From an uncultured Actinomycetes bacterium (GTDB lineage Bacteria > Actinomycetota > Thermoleophilia > Gaiellales > JAICJC01), in assembly GCA_963755675.1 (NCBI GenBank), contig CAVWLK010000068.1, positions 58,626 to 122,625 on the forward strand: 64,000 nucleotides of DNA. Direction: 5' to 3'. The notes beneath the pieces were generated by a model. It did not search any database. It was not told where the DNA came from and saw only the letters and a program-made list of their open reading frames with translations. Position numbers and translations under genes: made by a program. Shown here one piece after another: positions 28,397-37,212 of the stretch. Numbering within the stretch: the first letter of the stretch is position 1; every line of letters starts with the position of its first letter.

Positions 28397-28566
28397 TAGA
28401 TGATTGATTCCATGTATGGCGCGGCGCAGGGTCGGGCCCAAGACTCGCTGACCGGCACGATCACTCTTGCCCAGGGCTTCCCCAGCCTGCGCTGCGAGTG
28501 CTCCCACCGGCCAACGCGCCCTGATCTCCGCCCTGCATCCACGCCGCACATGGAATCAACCATCTG
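28397..28566 (+). repeat. palindromic MITE/REPIN-like element, copy 3 (170 nt)
   Basis: AGATGATTGATTCCATGT / ACATGGAATCAACCATCT ends; gap-free alignment with copy 2. Confidence 0.92.
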
Positions 28567-28590
28567 GCCGCTCGGTAGACTGAACGTCCC

Positions 28591-29958
28591 ATGGCACTCA
28601 CCGAGGACACCTGGTCTCCCACCTCCTGGCGCGGGCTTCCAGCCCTGCATCAGCCGCAGTGGCCGGACGAGGCTGCCGCCGAATCGGTGCGCGACCGGCT
28701 CGGCTCGATGCCCCCGCTGGTGTTCGCCGGCGAGGCCCGCCAATTGCAGGAATCGCTGGCCGCGGTTGCCGACGGTCGCGCCTTCCTGCTCCAGGCCGGG
28801 GACTGCGCCGAGTCGTTTCACGACTTCTCGGCCATCAGCATCCGCGAGAAGCTGAAGATCATCCTCCAGATGGCGGCCGTACTGACGTACGGCTCGATGC
28901 TGCCGGTGGTCAAGCTCGGCCGCATCGCCGGCCAGTTCGCCAAGCCGCGCTCCTCGCCGACCGAGACGGTCGCCGGCGTCGAGCTGCCGAGCTTCTTCGG
29001 CCACATGGTGAACGGCGACGAGCCGACCCCCGCAGCGCGCGCGTTCGACCCTGACCGGATGCTGCAGGGCTACCACCAGTCGGCCTCGACGCTCAACCTC
29101 CTGCGCGCATTCACCAAGGGCGGCTTTGCCGACCTGACCAAGGTCCACCTCTGGAACCAGGAGTTCGTCGGCTCTTCGCCCGAGGGCCGCCGCTACCAGG
29201 CGATCGCGTCGGAGATCGCGCGGGCGCTGCGGTTCATGGCCGCCTGCGGCATCGACCTCGAGGGCGAGCGCAGCCTGCACGAGGTCGACGTCTGGACGAG
29301 CCACGAGGGCCTGCTGCTCGATTACGAGCAGGGCCTCACGCGACGTGACTCGCTCACCGGCCGTTGGTACGACTGCTCCGCCCACATGCTGTGGATCGGT
29401 GAGCGCACGCGCCAACTGGACGGTGCCCACGTGGCCTTCTTCGCCGGTGTCAACAACCCGCTCGGCGTCAAGCTGGGCCCGGCTGCGACCGCTCAGGACG
29501 TGGTCGGGCTGTGCGAGGCGCTCAACCCCGACCGGGTGCCCGGCCGGCTGACGCTGATCGCACGTCTGGGCGCGGCGCGCGTCGAGGAGCTGCTGCCGCC
29601 CCTGATCCGGGCCGCCCGCCAAGGCGAGCACCCGGTGGTGTGGGTCTGCGACCCGATGCACGGCAACGTGTTCCGCACCGCCTCGGGCTACAAGACGCGC
29701 CGTTTCGAAGACATCATGGCCGAGATCCACGGCTTCTTCGCAGCCTGCCTGGCCGAGGGCGCGTGGCCCGGTGGCGTCCACCTCGAGTTCACCGGGGAGC
29801 ATGTCACCGAGTGTCTGGGCGGCTCCGAGGAGGTGCTCGAGAATCACCTCGACCACAACTACGCCACACTCTGCGATCCCCGGCTCAACGCGCGACAGTC
29901 GCTCGACCTCGCCTTCCGCGTGGCCGAGCTGATGCGGACAGCGGAAGCGAACCGATGA
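28591..29958 (+). CDS. class II DAHP synthase
   Basis: QAGDCAESF, GRIAGQFAKPRS, TSHEGLLLDYE, WIGERTR, CDPMHGN, CDPRLN. Confidence 0.96.
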   Translation: MALTEDTWSPTSWRGLPALHQPQWPDEAAAESVRDRLGSMPPLVFAGEARQLQESLAAVADGRAFLLQAGDCAESFHDFSAISIREKLKIILQMAAVLTYGSMLPVVKLGRIAGQFAKPRSSPTETVAGVELPSFFGHMVNGDEPTPAARAFDPDRMLQGYHQSASTLNLLRAFTKGGFADLTKVHLWNQEFVGSSPEGRRYQAIASEIARALRFMAACGIDLEGERSLHEVDVWTSHEGLLLDYEQGLTRRDSLTGRWYDCSAHMLWIGERTRQLDGAHVAFFAGVNNPLGVKLGPAATAQDVVGLCEALNPDRVPGRLTLIARLGAARVEELLPPLIRAARQGEHPVVWVCDPMHGNVFRTASGYKTRRFEDIMAEIHGFFAACLAEGAWPGGVHLEFTGEHVTECLGGSEEVLENHLDHNYATLCDPRLNARQSLDLAFRVAELMRTAEANR

Positions 29959-31046
29959 GGATCGCGGTTGTCGGGCTTGGCCTGATCGGAGGCTCGCTGG
30001 CGCTTGCCGCGACCGCCCGCGGCGACGAGGTCTCGGCCTTCGACTCCGATCCCGATGCGGGCCGGATCGGGATCGAGCGGGGCGCGGTGGCACGCGTCGG
30101 CGACTCGCTGGCAGCCACGCTCGACGGCGCCGAGCTGGCGTTCGTCTGCGGACCGGTTGCCGACCTGCCGTCGCTGGCGCGGCAGGTGCTGGACGCCGCT
30201 CCCGAGGGCTGCACCGTCTCCGACGTCGGCTCCACCAAGAGCCGCCTCTTGGCCGCGCTGGGCACGCACCCGCAGTTCGTCGGCGGCCATCCCGTCTGCG
30301 GCTCGGAGGCGCGCGGCATGGCCAACGCGCAGCCCGAGCTGTTCGAAGGGGCGACCTGGTTCCTGACCCCGGTGGCAGAGACCGATCCGGTCGCCCACCG
30401 CCGCCTGCACACGTTCGTCAGCTCCCTGGGAGCCCGGCCGGTCGCGATCGACCCCGACGCCCACGACCGCCTGGTCGCGCTGACCAGCCACCTGCCGCAC
30501 GCGCTGGCCAACGTGCTCGTGAACCAGGCGGGTGCCGGCAAGGTGGGCGGCCACGATCCGCTGGGCGCCGTAGGCGGCTCCTTCCGCGACATGACGCGGG
30601 TGGCCGGCGCGAACCCTCGCATCTGGGTGGACATCTTCCTCGACAACCGCGGAGCGCTGCTGGACGGGCTGCGCGAGCACAACCGCCGGGTCGAGGAGCT
30701 GGTGCGGGCGCTCGAGCGGGAGGACGCCGGATTCGTGGCGCGCTGGATCGCCGAGGCCTCCGGCCACCGCCGGCGGCTGCTGCAGGCGGCGTATCCCGCA
30801 CAGCCCGAGGAGCTGTACCGGGTGCGTGTGCACGTGCCCGACCGCCCCGGCGTCCTGTCCGGCATCACGCAGGCGCTGGGCGCCGAGGGCATCAACATCG
30901 AGGACTTCGAGCTGCACCACATGTCAACCGATCGCGGCGGCACGGTGGTGGTCACGATCGCCGGTCAGGCCGAGGCACAGCGCGCGGTGGCGCTGCTCGA
31001 CGAGCAGGGGTACGGGGCGATCGCGGCCCCGGCGGTCGATGAGTGA
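29955..31046 (+). CDS. tyrA: prephenate dehydrogenase with C-terminal ACT domain
   Basis: GLGLIGGSLA, DVGSTK, GGHPVCGSE, HD...SHLPH, FRDMTRVA; ACT domain (PDRPGVL). Confidence 0.93.
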   Translation: MRIAVVGLGLIGGSLALAATARGDEVSAFDSDPDAGRIGIERGAVARVGDSLAATLDGAELAFVCGPVADLPSLARQVLDAAPEGCTVSDVGSTKSRLLAALGTHPQFVGGHPVCGSEARGMANAQPELFEGATWFLTPVAETDPVAHRRLHTFVSSLGARPVAIDPDAHDRLVALTSHLPHALANVLVNQAGAGKVGGHDPLGAVGGSFRDMTRVAGANPRIWVDIFLDNRGALLDGLREHNRRVEELVRALEREDAGFVARWIAEASGHRRRLLQAAYPAQPEELYRVRVHVPDRPGVLSGITQALGAEGINIEDFELHHMSTDRGGTVVVTIAGQAEAQRAVALLDEQGYGAIAAPAVDE

Positions 31047-32340
31047 GGCGGCGGTGATGCGGGTGGCTCCGGCGGGATCGCTCGTCGGCGAACTGACCGT
31101 GCCGGGCGACAAGTCGATCAGCCATCGCGCCGTGATGGTCGGCTCGCTGTGCGACGAGCGCGTCACCGTGAGCGGCTTTGGCGCCTCCGCCGACACTCTG
31201 GCGACGGTTGAGGCGTTCCGCGCGATGGGCGTTTCGATCGACCGCCGCGGCGAGGACGGACTGGTGATCGAGGGCGTCGGCATGCGCGGGCTGCGCCAGC
31301 CGGCGGCGCCAATCGACGTGCACAACGCCGGCACGCTGATGCGGATCCTGCCGGGCATCCTGGCAGGCCAGAGCGGCGACTTCACGCTGGACGGCGACGA
31401 CAGCATCCGCCGCCGGCCGATGCGGCGGATCGCCGAGCCGTTGGCGATGATGGGCGTCGAGATGGACACGGCGGATGGCCTCCCTCCGGTCACGCTGCAC
31501 GCGACCGGGACGGTGACGCCGATCGAGTACCGGCCGCCGGTGGCGTCCGCCCAGGTCAAGTCCTGCCTGCTGTTCGCCGGTCTGTTCGCGGAGCGCGGGG
31601 TGACCGTGATCGAGGAGGCGATCGCAACCCGCGACCACACCGAGCGGATGCTGCAACGGGCGGGCGTGCCGGTCGATCGCCGCCCGGGTCGGATCTCGAT
31701 CTCGCCGGTGCGCGAGCTGGTGCTTCCCGAGATCCCGGTGCCGGGGGATTTCTCGTCGGCGGCCCCGTTCATCGCCGCCGCCACGATCCTCCAGGGCTCC
31801 AACCTGACACTGCGAAACATCTCGATCAACCCCACCCGTACCGGCTTGCTGGCCGCGCTGGAGCGGATGGGCGCCCGGGTGGGCCTGTTCGGCCGCCGCT
31901 GGGCGGCCGGCGAACCGGTCGCCGACATCGAGGTGCGCCCGGCGGAACTGGTGGCGACCGACATCGAGCCGGAGATGGTTCCGGCGCTGATCGACGAGTT
32001 GCCGCTGCTGGTGTTGCTGGCCAGCTTCGCCCGTGGCACCACCACCATCCGCGGGGCGGGCGAGCTGCGCGTCAAGGAGTCCGACCGTATCCGCACGGTG
32101 GTCGAGCTGATGAACCTGTGCGGCGGCCACGTGACCGAGCTCGAGGACGGGTTCGAGGTGCTCGGCGTCCCCCACCGGCTGCGCGGCGGCCGCGTGCAGG
32201 CCGCCGGAGACCACCGCGTCGCGATGCTGGGGGCGATCGTCGGCGTCTGCTCGCAGGAGGGCGTCAGCGTCGAGGGCGCCGAGGCGCTCGAGGTCAGCTT
32301 TCCAGACTTCGCGGACCGACTCGCAGCGGTAAGTGCATGA
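31039..32340 (+). CDS. aroA: 3-phosphoshikimate 1-carboxyvinyltransferase (EPSP synthase)
   Basis: PGDKSISHRA, NAGTLMR, SAQVKS, RDHTERML, IDELP, ELRVKESDRI, GDHRVAM. Confidence 0.96.
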   Translation: MSEAAVMRVAPAGSLVGELTVPGDKSISHRAVMVGSLCDERVTVSGFGASADTLATVEAFRAMGVSIDRRGEDGLVIEGVGMRGLRQPAAPIDVHNAGTLMRILPGILAGQSGDFTLDGDDSIRRRPMRRIAEPLAMMGVEMDTADGLPPVTLHATGTVTPIEYRPPVASAQVKSCLLFAGLFAERGVTVIEEAIATRDHTERMLQRAGVPVDRRPGRISISPVRELVLPEIPVPGDFSSAAPFIAAATILQGSNLTLRNISINPTRTGLLAALERMGARVGLFGRRWAAGEPVADIEVRPAELVATDIEPEMVPALIDELPLLVLLASFARGTTTIRGAGELRVKESDRIRTVVELMNLCGGHVTELEDGFEVLGVPHRLRGGRVQAAGDHRVAMLGAIVGVCSQEGVSVEGAEALEVSFPDFADRLAAVSA

Positions 32341-33533
32341 CTGTGATCACCATCGACGGTCCGGCCGGCGCCGGCAAGAGCACGGTCGCGCGGCGGGTGG
32401 CGGAGCGGCTCGGTCTGGTGTACGTCGACACGGGTGCCATGTACCGCGAGCTGACGGCGGTCGCGCTGGCGCAGGCCGCGAACCTGAACGACGGTGAGGC
32501 GCTGGCGGCGCTGGTCGGCGTTGAGGCTCCTGACGGCACCGACCTGCGTGCCGAGGCCATCTCGCGCAACGTCAGCGCCGTCTCCCGGCACCCCCAGGTG
32601 CGGGCGCGCATGCGCGCCCGTCAGCGTGAGCTGGCCGTGGACGCGGTGCTCGAGGGACGCGACACCGGCTCGGTGGTCTGCCCCGGAGCCGACCTGAAGG
32701 TGTATCTGGTGGCGTCCAACCGCGTCCGCGCCGAGCGCCGCGCGGCCGACCTCGGCCTTCCGGTGGATGAGGTGCAGCAATCGCTCACCGATCGCGACGA
32801 CATGGATGCCGACCAGCTGGCGCCCGCTCCGGATGCGCGGCTGCTCGATACGAGTGCCCTGTCCGTCGACGAGGTGGTCGACCGGATCGTCGCGCTCGCC
32901 GGCGAAGTGGACACCCGACCGGCCCAGGCGGACGCCGGCGGCGTGCCCGGCGACCGCTTCTGGAAAACGGTGCGGCCGGTGGCCGAGCCGGTGTTCAAGG
33001 GCCTGCTGCGCACGCGCGTCAGCGGCCGCGAACTGGTTCCGCGAACGGGTGCAGTCGTGTTCGTCGCGAATCACCAGTCGCTGTGGGATATCCCGGCACT
33101 TGGTGTCGCCCAGCCACGAGCGATCCGCTTCATGGCCAAGGCCGAGCTGTTCCGCCCCCGGCCGTTCGGCGCCTTCCTGCGCATGGGCGGTACCTTCGGT
33201 GTGCGGCGGGGAGAGCCCGACCGCGACGCACTGCGCACGGTGCACGAGACGCTGGAAGCCGGCGGCGTGGTGGGCGTGTTCATCCAGGGTCACCGTCAGG
33301 AGGGCCTCGACGAGGCCAAGGCCGGCGCCGGCCGGATCGCCGTGGTCGAGGATGCGGCCGTCGTGCCGGTGGCGATCCGCAGCCGAGGGTGGCGGCCTGG
33401 GCGCTCGATCCGGATCGCATTTGGCGCTCCCCGCCACTACGAGCGCGGCCAGCGCCGCGCCGCCCAGGCCTACCGCGAGACCGCCGACGAGCTGATGGCC
33501 GAGATCCGCCGGCTGTACGAGCAGACGGCATGA
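32337..33533 (+). CDS. cmk: cytidylate kinase fused to 1-acyl-sn-glycerol-3-phosphate acyltransferase (PlsC-like)
   Basis: IDGPAGAGKST, DTGAMYR, EGRDTG, then in the same frame ANHQSLWD (HX4D), FMAKAELF, FIQGHR. Confidence 0.9.
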   Translation: MTVITIDGPAGAGKSTVARRVAERLGLVYVDTGAMYRELTAVALAQAANLNDGEALAALVGVEAPDGTDLRAEAISRNVSAVSRHPQVRARMRARQRELAVDAVLEGRDTGSVVCPGADLKVYLVASNRVRAERRAADLGLPVDEVQQSLTDRDDMDADQLAPAPDARLLDTSALSVDEVVDRIVALAGEVDTRPAQADAGGVPGDRFWKTVRPVAEPVFKGLLRTRVSGRELVPRTGAVVFVANHQSLWDIPALGVAQPRAIRFMAKAELFRPRPFGAFLRMGGTFGVRRGEPDRDALRTVHETLEAGGVVGVFIQGHRQEGLDEAKAGAGRIAVVEDAAVVPVAIRSRGWRPGRSIRIAFGAPRHYERGQRRAAQAYRETADELMAEIRRLYEQTA

Positions 33534-34855
33534 GCGAGGGGCCGCGGATGCTGGCCGGGCGGGTGGCGGTGGTCGGCTTCCCCAACGCCGGCAAGTCGAC
33601 GCTGATCAACCGCCTCACGTCATCGCGCAAGGCGGTCGTGCACGAGACGCCGGGAGTCACCCGCGACCGCACGGAGGCGCTCTGCGAGTGGCGCGGGTCC
33701 GAGTTCGTGTTGGTGGACACCGGCGGCGTGAACGTCGGCGACGACTCGCCGATGCAGGCGCAGGTGGCCGAACAGGCGCGACTGGCCGTGCAGGAGGCGG
33801 ATCTGGTGCTGCTGGTGATCGACGCCCGCGCCGGTCTTGCGGCCGGGGACGAGGAGATCGCTCAGATCCTGCGGCGCTCGGGACGACCGGTGCGGGTGGT
33901 TGCCAACAAGGTGGACGACGCCGCCCACGAAGCGGCCGCGCTCGAGCTGCACGCGCTCGGGCTGGGCGATCCGCTGCCCGTGTCGGCGCTACACGGCCGC
34001 GGCACCGGCGACCTGCTCGACGAGGTCGTGCAGACGCTGGCCGGGATCGACGGCGCCGAGCGGCCGGACGAGGCCGGCGATGAGATCCGGGTGGCGATCC
34101 TGGGTCGGCCCAACGTCGGCAAGTCGTCGCTGCTCAACGCGATCCTGGGTAGGCCCCGGGTGATCGTGTCGGACGTGCCGGGCACCACCCGCGATGCTGT
34201 CGACACCCCATTCGTCCGAGGGGACACCCGCTATCGGCTGGTGGACACGGCCGGCATGCGGCGCAAGCGCAAACACCGCCAGGGGATCGAGTTCTACAGC
34301 GAGGTGCGCGCGCTGCAGGCGCTCGAGCGGAGCGACATCGCGCTGGTGCTGGTGGATTCCTCCGACGGGCTGGTGGAGGGCGACCTCTCCGTTGCCGACG
34401 AGGCTCGCAAGGCCGGTTGTGCCACGCTGGTGGTGCTCTCCAAGTGGGACATCACCACGGTCGAGATCGACGACGTGGCGGAGCGGATGGGCGGAAAGCT
34501 CCGCCAGCGTCCCTCGATCATCACCACCTCGGCGCTGACGGGCCGCAACGTCGACAAGCTGCTGGACGCGATCGAGGAGCTGTTCACCCGCTTCACGTCC
34601 AGGGTCGGCACGGGCGTGCTGAACCGGGCGATCGAGGAGATCACCGCCATGCGTGAGCCTCCGCGCAGCGGGCGGCGCCGGCTCAACCTGCTGTACGCGA
34701 CCCAGTACACGACGCGGCCGCCGCGGTTTCGGATCGTGGTCAACGACCGCGGCCTGGTCACCCGCGACTACGCGTATTTCGTCGAGAATCAGCTCCGCAA
34801 GCGACTTCAGCTGGAGGGCTGTCCCGTGATCATCGATTTCCAGAGCCGGCAATGA
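33530..34855 (+). CDS. der: ribosome biogenesis GTPase Der/EngA
   Basis: Two G domains (GFPNAGKST/DTGG/NKVD; GRPNVGKSS/DTAG/SKWD) plus KH-like tail. Confidence 0.96.
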   Translation: MSEGPRMLAGRVAVVGFPNAGKSTLINRLTSSRKAVVHETPGVTRDRTEALCEWRGSEFVLVDTGGVNVGDDSPMQAQVAEQARLAVQEADLVLLVIDARAGLAAGDEEIAQILRRSGRPVRVVANKVDDAAHEAAALELHALGLGDPLPVSALHGRGTGDLLDEVVQTLAGIDGAERPDEAGDEIRVAILGRPNVGKSSLLNAILGRPRVIVSDVPGTTRDAVDTPFVRGDTRYRLVDTAGMRRKRKHRQGIEFYSEVRALQALERSDIALVLVDSSDGLVEGDLSVADEARKAGCATLVVLSKWDITTVEIDDVAERMGGKLRQRPSIITTSALTGRNVDKLLDAIEELFTRFTSRVGTGVLNRAIEEITAMREPPRSGRRRLNLLYATQYTTRPPRFRIVVNDRGLVTRDYAYFVENQLRKRLQLEGCPVIIDFQSRQ

Positions 34856-35838
34856 GAGCGGCCGTGATAGGCGGAGGCAGTTGGGGCACCGCGTTCGCCC
34901 GCCTGCTCGCGCTCTCCGGCCATGACACGACGCTCGTCTGCCGCGATCCGGAGCAGGCGCACGCGATCGCCCGTCACCACCGCAACCCGCGCTACCTGTT
35001 CGACATCGAGCTGCCCGACTCGCTGGCTTCGGTTCCGCTCGAAGGCGCCGATCTTTCGCAGTCGGAGCTTGTGGCATTGGCCGTTCCCAGCCGCGGGTTC
35101 GCCGCCGTGGTGGACGGGATCGCCGACCGGCTGGCGCCGCAAGCCGTGCTGCTCTCGCTGACCAAGGGACTTGACCCGGCGTCGCGGCGGCGCATGTCGG
35201 AGCTGTTGGGCGGCGTCGCGGACAGTGGGAGGGTGGCCGTGCTGTCCGGCCCGAACCACGCCGAGGAGGTGGCCCGCGACTATCCGACCGCGTCGGTGCT
35301 CGCCAGCGCCGAGATCGAGCTGGCACGCCGGCTGCAGACGGAGCTCTCCACCCCGCGGCTGCGCGTCTACGCCTCCCGCGACGTGGTGGGCGTCGAGCTG
35401 TGCGCTGCGGCCAAGAACGTGATGGGGTTGGCGGCCGGCGTCTCGGACGGACTCGGTTTCGGCGACAACGCGAAGGCCGCCATCATCACCCGTGGCATGG
35501 CCGAGATGGCGCGCATGGGCGAAGCATTCGGCGCCCAACCCCGCACCTACGCCGGCATGGCGGGGATGGGCGATCTGGTCGCGACCTGCACGTCACGCCA
35601 TTCGCGCAACCGGCGGGCCGGCGAGCTGCTGGCCAAGGGAGTGCCGGCGGAGTGGATCGAGGGCGAGCTGGGGCAGGTGGCCGAGGGGCTCACCACGGCA
35701 CCGGCGCTGCGAGGGCTGGCCGAGAGTCGGGATCTGGAGCTGCCGATCACGGCGGCGGTCTGTGACGTCGCCTTCGGCGGCAAGACGCCGCTGGACGCTC
35801 TGGCGGAGCTCATGGCACGCGAACCCACGGAGGAATGA
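34852..35838 (+). CDS. gpsA: NAD(P)H-dependent glycerol-3-phosphate dehydrogenase
   Basis: GGGSWGTA, LSGPNHAEEV, KNVMGLAAG, GDNAKAA, GMGDLVATC..SRN. Confidence 0.96.
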   Translation: MRAAVIGGGSWGTAFARLLALSGHDTTLVCRDPEQAHAIARHHRNPRYLFDIELPDSLASVPLEGADLSQSELVALAVPSRGFAAVVDGIADRLAPQAVLLSLTKGLDPASRRRMSELLGGVADSGRVAVLSGPNHAEEVARDYPTASVLASAEIELARRLQTELSTPRLRVYASRDVVGVELCAAAKNVMGLAAGVSDGLGFGDNAKAAIITRGMAEMARMGEAFGAQPRTYAGMAGMGDLVATCTSRHSRNRRAGELLAKGVPAEWIEGELGQVAEGLTTAPALRGLAESRDLELPITAAVCDVAFGGKTPLDALAELMAREPTEE

Positions 35839-35944
35839 CCTGGCGGCGTCTCGCTGGCGCAGGAGATCGACGTCACGCCTCGACCATATTTCCGATATGG
35901 CCGTCGCCGTGCCGCCGCCTCCTGCTTGCGCGACGCTCGCCAGG
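35839..35944. repeat. long imperfect hairpin between gpsA and metK
   Basis: Nested stems CCTGGCG/CGCCAGG, GCGTC/GACGC, GCAGGAG/CTCCTGC, CCATAT/ATATGG. Confidence 0.6.
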
Positions 35945-35976
35945 AACCGCGGCACCCGCTGGTAGAGTGCTCTGCT

Positions 35977-37212
35977 GTGAGTGAGTTCCTCTTCACCTCT
36001 GAGAGCGTCACCGAGGGCCATCCGGACAAGATCGCCGACCAGATCTCGGACGGCGTGCTGGACGCGGTACTCGCCAACGATCCCGGCGGCCGGGTCGCCT
36101 GCGAGGTGCTGTGCACGACGGGCCTGGTGGTGGTCGCCGGCGAGGTGACGACCGACGGCTACGTGGACATCCCGCGGATCGCGCGCGGCATCATCGGCGA
36201 CATCGGCTACACCAGCTCCGACCTCGGCTTCGACGCGTCGACGTGCGGCGTGGTGGTGGCGCTCGACGAACAGTCGCCCGACATCCGGCGCGGCGTCGAT
36301 TCCTCGTACGAGGAACAGCACTCGGAGGCCGAGTCCGACATCGACGCTCAGGGAGCCGGTGATCAGGGCATGATGTTCGGCTACGCCTGCGACGAGACGC
36401 CCGAGCGGATGCCCATGGCGATTCAACTGGCGCACAGGATCACGGCACGGCTTGCGTCGGCTCGACGGGCCGAGACCGTGCCGTACCTCCGGCCGGACGG
36501 CAAGGCACAGGTCACCATCCGCTACCGCGAGGAGCGGGGCCGGCTGATCCCGCTTTCGATCGAGCGGCTGCTGGTCTCGACCCAGCATCACCCCGACGTC
36601 CACGACGAGCAGAGGGTGCGCGCGGACATCATCGAGCATGTCCTGCTCCCCGTGATCCCCAAACATCTCTGTCCTCACGAGCGCCTGCGCGAGCCCGGCT
36701 TCGTGCTGGTCAACCCGACCGGCCGTTTCGTGACCGGCGGACCGATGGGCGACACCGGTCTCACCGGCCGCAAGATCATCGTCGACACCTACGGCGGTGC
36801 CGCCCGCCACGGCGGCGGCGCATTCTCCGGCAAGGATCCGTCGAAGGTCGACCGCTCCGGTGCCTACGCGATGCGCTGGGTGGCCAAGAACATCGTCGCG
36901 GCGGGCCTCGCCGCCCGGGCCGAGGTGCAGGTTGCGTACGCCATCGGCGTCGCCCACCCGGTGTCGGTGATGGTGGAGACGTTCGGTACCGAGAGCGTTG
37001 ACCGCTCGACGATCGAGACGGCCGTCAGCCAGGTGTTCGACCTGCGCCCAGCCTCGATCATCCGCGACCTCGACCTGCTGCGACCGATCTACCGCGACAC
37101 CGCCGCCTACGGTCACTTCGGCCGCGAGCTCGACGTGTTCACGTGGGAGCGGGCCGACCGAGCCGGGCTGCTGCGCGAGGCGTGCGGGCTCGAAGAGCCC
37201 GCCCCGGTCTGA
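35977..37212 (+). CDS. metK: S-adenosylmethionine synthetase
   Basis: [40 protein letters not shown]. Confidence 0.98.
   Translation: MSEFLFTSESVTEGHPDKIADQISDGVLDAVLANDPGGRVACEVLCTTGLVVVAGEVTTDGYVDIPRIARGIIGDIGYTSSDLGFDASTCGVVVALDEQSPDIRRGVDSSYEEQHSEAESDIDAQGAGDQGMMFGYACDETPERMPMAIQLAHRITARLASARRAETVPYLRPDGKAQVTIRYREERGRLIPLSIERLLVSTQHHPDVHDEQRVRADIIEHVLLPVIPKHLCPHERLREPGFVLVNPTGRFVTGGPMGDTGLTGRKIIVDTYGGAARHGGGAFSGKDPSKVDRSGAYAMRWVAKNIVAAGLAARAEVQVAYAIGVAHPVSVMVETFGTESVDRSTIETAVSQVFDLRPASIIRDLDLLRPIYRDTAAYGHFGRELDVFTWERADRAGLLREACGLEEPAPV

Noticed and set aside
10396-28566. CRISPR array or integron attC interpretation of the repeats
   Set aside because: Copies are 9 kb apart between housekeeping genes, with no spacers, cas genes, integrase or RYYYAAC/GTTRRRY core sites.
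30924-33437. Long antisense or alternative-frame ORFs (also 42040-44748 +, 59919-62201 -, 28396-30093 -, 7176-8726 -)
   Set aside because: Shadow ORFs of well-identified genes caused by high GC3; Arg/Pro/Ala-rich with no motifs.
35839-35976. SAM riboswitch upstream of metK
   Set aside because: No SAM-I/IV core (AUC...GAG, GGCAAC...GUGC) recognised, and the metK -10 box lies downstream of the hairpin.
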